NCBI GenBank assembly: GCA_013822735.1
Contig: PNKZ01000013.1
Coordinates: 80,076-144,075, forward strand
Source: Pirellula sp.
GTDB taxonomy: Bacteria; Planctomycetota; Planctomycetia; Pirellulales; PNKZ01
Direction of reading: 5' to 3'
DNA length: 64,000 nt
Below, piece after piece: positions 55,404-64,000 of this stretch; the first letter of the stretch is position 1, and the number at the start of each line of letters is the position of its first letter. The notes below the pieces were generated by a model. The model had not been told where the DNA came from. It searched no databases and saw only the letters and a program-made list of their open reading frames with translations. A program made the position numbers and the translations under genes.

Positions 55404-56333
55404 ATGCCTGCCGAACTCGATGAACTTCTTCGCGGTCTCAGCGTCTACCAAGACATTGTCTTGGCCGGTCGCACGGAGCGCCGCGGAGAGCGCGATTGTG
55501 AAGAGCGTTGGACCGCTCTGGCGCCGCACTTGCCTGCCGACGGATCGTTGCTCGATGTCGGCGCCAACTTCGCCTGGTTCTGCCTTCGCTGGTGCCGCGA
55601 GGGGGCCGATCGTATCGCCGTGGCCTGGGAGGCCGATCTGCGCAGCGCAGCGGTCGCACGATATGTGCTCGAATCGAATACCGCACACCGCGTCTGCCTC
55701 ATCACCGCGCGGGCCGACACCGAGAACCTGGAACTTTTCGCTCAGAGCGGCCAACGGTTCTCGGCGGCGCTTTGCTTGTCGGTGCTCCATTGGCTGCCCG
55801 ACCATCGCACGTTTTTGCGCGCGCTGGGAAGCGTCACCCCGAAAATCTTCATCGAACATTGCAATCCGCGCGAAGAAGGGGCCGGCATCGAACAGGTTCG
55901 TCGCGAAATCGGCTCGATTGGCGAATATCTCCGCGAAACGTTTCCCGAGCGCAGCGTGCAACGTTTGGCGGTGTGGAAATCGCACCTCACCGACGAGTTC
56001 GCGCGCGAGCTCTGGTCGGTGGAAGAAGTGGAGGGAGACCCGACGACGGCCGTTGCAATTCCTCCGGTTGCGGCGCGGCCGCTGCTCGAACTCGATCCGG
56101 TCTGGCCGCCGCATTCGTGGTGGCTCAGAGAACTGAAACGTCCGGAGCTGCTCAAGGCGTCGCACGTCGCCTTCACACCGCAAGGGCTCACGAGCATTCC
56201 ATCGACTCAGCCCGGCAATACGCGTGCCCGGCTCAAGAGCCTCATCGCGCAAATGCCACGACGCGGCGTAACGACACTGCGGCGCAGGGTGCACCGCTTA
56301 TGGCTGGCTCTCCTACGCAGATTGCGAAGCTAA
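55404..56333 (+). CDS. Class I SAM-dependent methyltransferase-like protein
   Basis: LLDVGANFAWF (motif I variant) and LCLSVLHW; ATG 55404. Confidence 0.72.
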   Translation: MPAELDELLRGLSVYQDIVLAGRTERRGERDCEERWTALAPHLPADGSLLDVGANFAWFCLRWCREGADRIAVAWEADLRSAAVARYVLESNTAHRVCLITARADTENLELFAQSGQRFSAALCLSVLHWLPDHRTFLRALGSVTPKIFIEHCNPREEGAGIEQVRREIGSIGEYLRETFPERSVQRLAVWKSHLTDEFARELWSVEEVEGDPTTAVAIPPVAARPLLELDPVWPPHSWWLRELKRPELLKASHVAFTPQGLTSIPSTQPGNTRARLKSLIAQMPRRGVTTLRRRVHRLWLALLRRLRS

Positions 56334-56430
56334 GCTCCGCACCCCCAGGATCAGTGGACACCGGCGTGCGTTTCAAGCGCAGCGGAAGCCTCGGTATTAA
56401 AAACGGCCGGAATTGATTGGGCGCTAACGA

Positions 56431-56694
56431 TTGCGACCACTATCCTCAGATGGGGTAGTCGTTCAGTGCGACAAATTGCCGTGGATGCCGTCTTCAATGA
56501 TTGATATGCAGTTATTTGGTGGGGTGTTTGCTACAGTCCCCGCGTGTTCGGCGATCTTTGCAGCGCTCATCGGCGGGCTCGTCGTCAGCCGCCGCTTCGA
56601 CCGACAAACGGCCGTTTTTGCGATCCCGCTCCTAACGATCAGCGGCTACAACGTCGCCCTGGCGATTCTGGCCGTCGCCGGATTCATTCGCTGA
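56431..56694 (+). CDS. Possible small two-TM membrane protein
   Basis: Two hydrophobic stretches separated by SRRFDRQ. True start unclear and no family recognised. Confidence 0.35.
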   Translation: MRPLSSDGVVVQCDKLPWMPSSMIDMQLFGGVFATVPACSAIFAALIGGLVVSRRFDRQTAVFAIPLLTISGYNVALAILAVAGFIR

Positions 56695-57170
56695 AAACCG
56701 CGTGCTCGCTGTGTCTTCTCCGGGCGGTGCTTGTTGAAATGTCGGCCGCTATCCGTACGTCTCCGTTGCCGGCCTGCTCGAGTCGCAGTGAGCGGTTTTC
56801 GGTGACAAGGCCGATCCTCACCGAAGCTGCGACGCATGACCTCGGTGCGATGGAGGCGCTTGAGCATTTCCGATGCGGGCCATCAATGCATCAAGTGTCA
56901 CCCAGTGCACCACGGCGCACTCCTTGGCGCCTTCTCCTACACGCTCCTGCGCGATGCTCGGCTCACGGCCAAAGAACCCGACGGCGACGAACTAGTCCAA
57001 TAACCGGTTAGCCGCCGTGCGCAGCCGTGCGCGCCGTCCGTCCGTTGCCTAGCCGGCAACAATTCCCCGCAATTCCGCGTCGTTTTGCCCGCTCCGGCCG
57101 CCGGGCACTTGCCGGCGGGGGCCGTGTTTTCTAGTCTCTGGGTTTCCCGATTCTCGTCCGGGTGCCCATC

Positions 57171-57983
<813 letters not shown>

Positions 57984-57989
57984 ACGGCA

Positions 57990-58092
57990 AATACTGAATG
58001 CTGAGTGCTGAATAACTGAACGGCAGAATCGGTAGCACGACGCGACTATCGGCAGTTCGTCTTCAGCATTCAGTCATTCAGCATTCAGCATT
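57990..58092. repeat. Inverted pair of heptamer tandem arrays (TGCTGAA)n / (TTCAGCA)n
   Basis: Left arm AATACTGAATGCTGAGTGCTGAATAACTGAA 57990-58020; right arm TTCAGCATTCAGTCATTCAGCATTCAGCATT 58062-58092. Confidence 0.85.
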
Positions 58093-58142
58093 TGAAAACC
58101 GACATACATTCCTCCACTTCCATTTTCTCATAGGACCGTCTC

Positions 58143-59228
58143 ATGTGCGCTTTGAAGATTCGCCAAGATGCTTGTGAACTCGATTTCCTCTCGCTCGGCG
58201 CGCTTGTGCACCGGCTCGATCCGGGCATCATTCCGTTTCGCAAGGCGACTTCGTTCGACGTGCACGTCTCCGGCGGCGAGTACAACGTGTCGGCCAACCT
58301 CAGCGATTGCTTCGGCCTCAAGACCGGCGTCGCCTCGGCCATGGTCAACAACGGCATCGGCGAACTCGTCCAGGCCCGCGTCCGTGAAAAAGGCGTGAAG
58401 CCGTACTACAAGCACTTCGAGCACGACGGCGTCCGCGGCCCGAACATTGCCACGGTGTACAGCGACCAGGGGCACGGCGTTCGCGCTCCCGTGGTGTTTT
58501 ACAACCGGGCGAACGAAGCCGGCGCCATGCTGAAGCCGGGCGACTTCGATTGGAAGGCGATCCACGCCGCAGGCTGCAAGTGGTTCCACTCCGGCGGCAT
58601 CTTCGCGGCCCTTTCGCCGACGACGTCGGAACTGATCGTCGAAGGGATGCAAGCCGCCAAGGCCGCCGGCGCCGTCACTTCGTTCGACTTGAACTACCGC
58701 GCCAAGCTCTGGGCCGCTCTGCCCGGCGGCGCCGCGAAGGGGCAAGAGATGATCGCGAAGATCGTCAACAACGTCGACGTGCTCATCGGCAACGAAGAAG
58801 ACCTGCAAAAGGGGCTCGGCATCGAAGGGCAAGACGTCGAATCGTCATCGAAGCTCGATCCGAATGCGTTCTTCTCCGTCATTGAAAAGGCCGTGAAGAA
58901 GTTTCCGAACGTGAAGGCCGTGGCGACGACGCTCCGCGAAGTGCACTCGACCAACCGTCACGATTGGGCCGCCGTGGTTTGGATCGAAGGGGAGAAGTTC
59001 GTCAGCCCGACGATGCAACTCGACGTCATCGACCGCATCGGCGGCGGCGACGGCTTTGCCGCCGGCCTGATCTACGGATTGCTCGCCGGCAAGAAGCCGG
59101 AAGAAGCGCTACGACTCGGCTGGGCGCACGGCGCTCTGCTCACGACGTTCCCCGGCGACGTGACGATGGCGAAGCTTCCTGAAGTCGAGCAACTCGCCAA
59201 GGGCGGCAGTGCTCGCGTGCAACGGTAA
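58143..59228 (+). CDS. kdgK: PfkB-family sugar kinase, probably 2-keto-3-deoxygluconate kinase
   Basis: GGEYNV, SFDLNYRAKLW, GNEED and DRIGGGDGFAAG motifs. Confidence 0.85.
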   Translation: MCALKIRQDACELDFLSLGALVHRLDPGIIPFRKATSFDVHVSGGEYNVSANLSDCFGLKTGVASAMVNNGIGELVQARVREKGVKPYYKHFEHDGVRGPNIATVYSDQGHGVRAPVVFYNRANEAGAMLKPGDFDWKAIHAAGCKWFHSGGIFAALSPTTSELIVEGMQAAKAAGAVTSFDLNYRAKLWAALPGGAAKGQEMIAKIVNNVDVLIGNEEDLQKGLGIEGQDVESSSKLDPNAFFSVIEKAVKKFPNVKAVATTLREVHSTNRHDWAAVVWIEGEKFVSPTMQLDVIDRIGGGDGFAAGLIYGLLAGKKPEEALRLGWAHGALLTTFPGDVTMAKLPEVEQLAKGGSARVQR

Positions 59229-59262
59229 CGTCACGAACCGCATCGCTTTGATAAACAATCGC

Positions 59263-59302
59263 GCGACGCCGCTTCACCACCAGGGAGCGGCGTCGCTTTT
59301 TT
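59263..59302 (+). terminator. Intrinsic terminator after kdgK
   Basis: GCGACGCCGCT / AGCGGCGTCGC stem followed by TTTTTT. Confidence 0.85.
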
Positions 59303-59421
59303 ATTGCGCGAACGCATGCGGGCCGGCGCATGTGAATGGCTGCGTCGGTAGGTTGCGTTGCAATTGCGCGGCGGCCGACATACGCTCGAAGTACTCGGCT
59401 GTACGACCGTGACTCTCGGCG

Positions 59422-61845
59422 GTGGATGACTTGCACATGCGCGTATCGGTGGCGACGTTTCCAAGGAGGTTGGTCGGCGCGTGCATGTCGCTATACCTGT
59501 GCGCGAGTTCGGCGACCGCCGGCGATGCGCCGGGGAACGCCAAGCACGAGATCGTGATCGACGGGGAACTCACGACGTTCTTCCGGAGCCATTGCTACGA
59601 TTGCCACGGCGCCGACGTGCAAGAAGGGAAGCTGCGGCTCGACACGCTTTCCGGCGCGTTGCAAACTTCCGAGGCTCAGGAGACCTGGAGCAAGATTCTT
59701 ACGCGGCTGGCCGCCGGGGAAATGCCGCCGGAAGATCAGCCTCGCCCCGAGAGAGCCCCCCTGCAAAACGCGCTCTCGGCCATTCGCGCTCCGCTCGTGG
59801 CCGCGGTGCGTAGTTCCGTTGCCGGCCGGCCGGGAAGGGGGCCTCGGCGCTTGAATCGGGCCGAGTATCAGAACTCCGTCAACGCGCTACTCGGCACCGA
59901 CCTCGACCTCGCCGGCTATCTGCCGGAAGACGGCATCGCCGACGGCTTCGACAAAGTCGGCCGGGCCCTGAACATTTCCTCCGTGCAAGTGGAGCGCTAT
60001 CTCGAAGCATCCGAGGAAGCGCTCGACGCGGTGCTTTACGAGCAACCGAAAATTCCTTCGACGACCCGGCGGTACAACATCTGGGACGACTGCGGCATCG
60101 CCCGGCGGACGTTCACGTACAACGGCGTCTTCGCGGAGAGCAAGGACGCCGTGCTGGCCTGGTACACGAGCGACAAGTTCTATTACGTCGAGACGTTCAA
60201 AGCGCCGGTGCGCGGCAAGTACCGCATTCGCATTTCGGCTTACGGCACGTTGCTCGGCAAGGGCGCCGAGCGTTCCGCCGCGCCGGTGCAGCTTGCGCTA
60301 CATGGTGGTGATTTCAAGTCGAGCAATCGCGTCTCCCATCGCGTCGGCTTCTTTTCCACCGACTGGGAACAGCCGCGCGTGATCGAGGCCGTCGATCTGC
60401 TCGAGGCGGGCCATTCCTTCAAGCTGACGATCGCCGGCCGGCAGACCACGAATACCAAAGTCGCCGAATACGCCGGTCCGGCGCTGGCCGTGCAATGGAT
60501 GGAGATCGAAGGGCCGCTCGATGAAGGGGTCGCCGAGCGCCGACGGCAACTGGTGTTCGACCACGTCGATCCCGACCGCGGCACGCCCGCTGACGCCGAG
60601 CGACTACTGCAACGCTTCGCAGAGCGCGCTTTTCGCCGGCCGATCGACGCGCCGGACGTCGAGCCGTATGCAGCCGTGATGCGGGCACAATTCGCCGCCG
60701 GTGCTTCATTTCGCGAAGGGCTCAAGGTCGGCATGCAGGCGGTGCTCTGCGCGCCGGAGTTCCTCTTCGTGAACCCGGAAGCTGCCGACGACTACGCCGT
60801 TGCGAGTCGGCTGTCGTACTTTCTCTGGAGCGCGCCGCCGGACGCGGAACTCTTGCAGGCCGCGGCCTCGGGCAAGTTGCGCCGCGCCGACGAGCGCCGT
60901 CGTCACGTGGACCGCATGCTCGCCGACGGACGGGCGCAGTTCTTCGCGCACCATTTCCTCGACCACTGGCTCGACCTGAAGAAGATCGACTTCACGACGC
61001 CGGACAAAGACATCTATCCGGAGTACGACGAGCCGCTCCGCGACGCGATGGTCCGTGAGACGCGTATGTTCTTCGCCGATCTGCTTCAGAACGACGGCAG
61101 CGTCCGCAACATCATCGATTCGGACTACGCTATGCTCAACGCCCGGCTGGCGAGACATTACGACATCTCCGGCGTGGTCGGCGACGACATTCGTAAAGTG
61201 CCGCTACCCGCCGATTCGCTGCGCGGCGGATTGCTCACGCAAGCGAGCGTCCTCAAGGTCACGGCCGACGGTACCGCGACGTCCCCCGTGCTGCGCGGCG
61301 TTTGGTTGCTCGATCGCATTCTCGGCAGGCCCGTTCCTCCGCCTCCTCCGGGAGTGCCGGGCGTGGAGCCCGACGTGCGCGGGGCAACGACCATACGCGA
61401 GCAGTTGGCGAAGCATCGCCAGTCGGAGTCGTGCGCCACGTGCCACAAGCGCATCGATCCGCCGGGCTTCGCCTTAGAATGCTTCGATGCCATCGGCGGC
61501 TTTCGCGACCGCTACCGCGTGGTCGATCCCGAGCGCCCGGGCGCCGAGGTGGACGGCGTGCGCAAGAAGTACGCGTTGGGTCGCAAAGTGGAAACGGGCG
61601 ATCAAATGCCCGACGGTCGAAAGTTTGCCGACGTGCGCGAGTTTCAACGGTTGCTCGCCGCCGATCCGCGACCGGTCGTCGAGAATGTGGCCATGAAACT
61701 GCTGACTTACGCGTTGGGGCGCGAGCTCGACATCGCCGACCGAGAAGACGTGCGCCAGATCGTCGACGGCTTGAAGTCGCGCGACTTCGGTCTCCGCTCG
61801 ATGATCAAAGAGCTGGCGGCAAGCGACGCGTTCATCGCCCCATAA
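59422..61845 (+). CDS. DUF1592-family planctomycete cytochrome c protein (DUF1587/1595/1592/1588/1585 architecture)
   Basis: CYDCH, RRLNRAEY, SRLSYFLW, RGGLLTQ, TSPVLRGVW and CATCH motifs. Start may be later (59437 or 59485). Confidence 0.92.
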   Translation: MDDLHMRVSVATFPRRLVGACMSLYLCASSATAGDAPGNAKHEIVIDGELTTFFRSHCYDCHGADVQEGKLRLDTLSGALQTSEAQETWSKILTRLAAGEMPPEDQPRPERAPLQNALSAIRAPLVAAVRSSVAGRPGRGPRRLNRAEYQNSVNALLGTDLDLAGYLPEDGIADGFDKVGRALNISSVQVERYLEASEEALDAVLYEQPKIPSTTRRYNIWDDCGIARRTFTYNGVFAESKDAVLAWYTSDKFYYVETFKAPVRGKYRIRISAYGTLLGKGAERSAAPVQLALHGGDFKSSNRVSHRVGFFSTDWEQPRVIEAVDLLEAGHSFKLTIAGRQTTNTKVAEYAGPALAVQWMEIEGPLDEGVAERRRQLVFDHVDPDRGTPADAERLLQRFAERAFRRPIDAPDVEPYAAVMRAQFAAGASFREGLKVGMQAVLCAPEFLFVNPEAADDYAVASRLSYFLWSAPPDAELLQAAASGKLRRADERRRHVDRMLADGRAQFFAHHFLDHWLDLKKIDFTTPDKDIYPEYDEPLRDAMVRETRMFFADLLQNDGSVRNIIDSDYAMLNARLARHYDISGVVGDDIRKVPLPADSLRGGLLTQASVLKVTADGTATSPVLRGVWLLDRILGRPVPPPPPGVPGVEPDVRGATTIREQLAKHRQSESCATCHKRIDPPGFALECFDAIGGFRDRYRVVDPERPGAEVDGVRKKYALGRKVETGDQMPDGRKFADVREFQRLLAADPRPVVENVAMKLLTYALGRELDIADREDVRQIVDGLKSRDFGLRSMIKELAASDAFIAP

Positions 61846-61882
61846 CACTTTTCCCTCGATCCGTTCGCGGAAGACCTCAACC

Positions 61883-63154
61883 ATGCACAACACCGCGATT
61901 TCTCGACGCCGCTTCCTCCGAGCGGCCGGCGTAACGCTGGCGTTACCGCTTCTCGACGGCCTCGCCCCGCGCGCAGAAGGCACGGCCTCGACGGAGCCGC
62001 CGCGTCGCTTCCTCGGTATTTGTCATTCGCTCGGGTTCCACGCACCTAACTTGTTCCCCGAAACAGCCGGGCCGAACTACGAGCTCACGCCGTATCTAAA
62101 GCTGGTCGAGCGGCACCGGGAGCGATTTACGCTTCTCTCCGGCGTTTCCCATCCCGACGTCGACGGGGGACACTTTGCCGAAGCTTCGTTTCTCACCTCC
62201 GCGCCGCATCCGAAAGGAAGCAGCTTCCGAAACACCATCTCGCTCGATCAATACATCGTCGAGCGGACTGCGCCGCCGACGCGATTTCCGTTCCTCGCGC
62301 TGGCCACGCGCAGCGGTAGTTTGTCGTGGACGTCCGGCGGCGTGCCGATCCCGTCGGAGAGCAGTCCGTCGCGAGTGTTTCGCAGGTTGTTCGTCGAGGG
62401 GACGCCCGATGAAACGGCCGCCCAAATGCACAAGCTCGCCACCGGCCGGAGCGTGCTCGATGCGGTGCTCGATCAAACGCGGAAAATGCACGGTTCGCTC
62501 GGCTCGACCGATCGCGACAAGCTCGATCAATACATGACGTCGGTCCGCGACGTCGAGCAACGTCTGCACGCCGGCCAAGCGTGGATCAAGCGCCCCAAGC
62601 CCAAGGTCGACGTGCCGCCGCCGGTCGATATTCCGAACGAGGCCGACCTGTTCGGGCGTAGCCGACTGCTCTTCGACCTGATCCAACTCGCGTTCACGAC
62701 CGACTCCACGCGCGTCGTCACGGTGAGCATGGATGCCTACGGGCCGGGGCTCACGCCGGTGCCGGGCGTCACGCAAGGGCATCACAATCTTTCGCACCAC
62801 GGGCTCGACCCGGAGAAGCTCGCCGAGCTCCGCCTGATCGAAGAAGCGCAGATGAATACCTTCGGCTACTTGCTCGACCGACTACTCGGAGCCTCGGAAC
62901 ATGGCGGAACGCTGCTCGATCGCACGGCGGTGCTCTTCGGCAGCAACCTGGGCAATGCTAGCAGTCACGACACGCGTAATATGCCGATCCTGCTCGCCGG
63001 CGGCGGACTCAAACACGGCCGACATCTCGCTTTCGATCGAAACAACAATTACCCGCTCTGCAATGCGTATGTCTCGTTGTTGCAACGGTTAGGAATTGAA
63101 ACGGATCGCTTCGGCTCGAGCACGGGCACCATGACCGGTCTGGACCTCGCGTGA
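61883..63154 (+). CDS. DUF1552-family protein
   Basis: SRRRFLR Tat-like N-terminus, NTISLDQ, TDSTRV, HHNLSHH and HDTRNMP motifs; the usual partner of DUF1592. Confidence 0.92.
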   Translation: MHNTAISRRRFLRAAGVTLALPLLDGLAPRAEGTASTEPPRRFLGICHSLGFHAPNLFPETAGPNYELTPYLKLVERHRERFTLLSGVSHPDVDGGHFAEASFLTSAPHPKGSSFRNTISLDQYIVERTAPPTRFPFLALATRSGSLSWTSGGVPIPSESSPSRVFRRLFVEGTPDETAAQMHKLATGRSVLDAVLDQTRKMHGSLGSTDRDKLDQYMTSVRDVEQRLHAGQAWIKRPKPKVDVPPPVDIPNEADLFGRSRLLFDLIQLAFTTDSTRVVTVSMDAYGPGLTPVPGVTQGHHNLSHHGLDPEKLAELRLIEEAQMNTFGYLLDRLLGASEHGGTLLDRTAVLFGSNLGNASSHDTRNMPILLAGGGLKHGRHLAFDRNNNYPLCNAYVSLLQRLGIETDRFGSSTGTMTGLDLA

Positions 63155-63294
63155 GCTGGTCGCCGACCGACCACATGCTCGAGCGTGTTAAGCTTTGACG
63201 GTGCTCCGATTTAATGCGTGGTTATCGCCGCACACTTCACGATGAAAGGAGAGTACGACCCGGTTGATTCACACTACACGGCGGTAGGTGTGTT

Positions 63295-64000
63295 ATGAAA
63301 AGACTCCTAAGCATCGCGCTCGTTTGCTTGCTGACGCGTACTGCGTCGGCAGAAACCACCCAAATTGATCTCGGCTCGGAATTCGAGCCGTTTACCTACG
63401 CGAGCGCGAAGGCTCCGACGCTTGATCTCGTCGAGTGTTGCGCGAAGTGCCGGGCCAACGCCGCAGCGTCGGGGACGACGAAGCCGTGGGCCTTTAGCCT
63501 GACGCAAACTTCGGACTACGGCACGAGCCTGGCGCTGCCGATCGGTTTGACGCCGGCCAATACGCTGCTCGCGCCGGCCGGCAACGCTGCACAGGCCGGC
63601 ATCTTGAACAACGCCCAAGCAGCGACGCTCGGCTTGCTCGGCAACTTGGGTTTGGCCCCGGTGCCGCCGGGAACCGACGCCGTCGGCGTGTTCGAAGACG
63701 ACTTCCAATTTCAAACGACCGGCGCGCTCTCGTATCAGCGGCAAGTCGGCGAGTTCGGCACGTTGACGGCGAGTTACACCTACTATCAAAACCTGCACCC
63801 CGACGTGAAGCAGCTCGACTTGATGAGCCACACGCCGTCGGTGCAATACGCCCTGAAGCTCACCGACCGGCTCACCAACGCGACGTACTACAACTACGCG
63901 TATTACTTCCTGTCGGGCAGTTCGTTCGTCACGCAAAACCGGATCGGCAACATCACGACGTTTCGCGTAAACGATCGCTGGGATCTCGCCGGCGGCACGA
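63295..64000 (+). CDS. Exported protein, probably an outer-membrane beta-barrel; runs off the window end
   Basis: Not in the ORF track. MKRLLSIALVCLLTRTASA signal, then alternating aromatic strands (GALSYQR, LTASYTYYQN, SVQYALK, YYNYAYYF); open to 64000. Confidence 0.7.
   Translation, partial: MKRLLSIALVCLLTRTASAETTQIDLGSEFEPFTYASAKAPTLDLVECCAKCRANAAASGTTKPWAFSLTQTSDYGTSLALPIGLTPANTLLAPAGNAAQAGILNNAQAATLGLLGNLGLAPVPPGTDAVGVFEDDFQFQTTGALSYQRQVGEFGTLTASYTYYQNLHPDVKQLDLMSHTPSVQYALKLTDRLTNATYYNYAYYFLSGSSFVTQNRIGNITTFRVNDRWDLAGGT

Noticed and set aside
63307-63936. 209-aa minus-strand ORF
   Set aside because: It is antisense to the plus-strand signal-peptide-bearing gene starting at 63295.

Overview
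GC-rich window that looks like Planctomycetota, judged from PVC-type heme protein, DUF1592/DUF1552, DUF1080, PQQ-propeller and PEP-CTERM genes; all calls are by eye, without database searches. Left end (1-5.6 kb): the 5' part of RNase R, a YhaM-like HD exoribonuclease, a REPIN-like element, an orphan Imm32-like immunity gene, leuA with a Leu-rich leader-peptide attenuator, a DUF420 gene and tRNA-Leu(UAA). Directly after the tRNA is a ~31 kb block with two giant paralogous beta-helix surface proteins (4587 and 4817 aa). They have autotransporter-associated strand repeats but no beta-barrel, and end in a shared C-terminal domain plus a PEP-CTERM anchor. They flank a small gene with two alphaCTD/HhH-like motifs. 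Both giant genes have the same sigma70-like promoter (TTGnnn-16-TATAGT with a similar spacer) and the same upstream 20-mer (18/20 identical), and their large internal modules occur in different order. This co-regulated, module-shuffled giant-adhesin cassette is the best candidate for an undescribed system. The rest (37-64 kb) is a typical planctomycete mix of envelope, membrane and sugar-acid genes, ending in a truncated outer-membrane beta-barrel gene.
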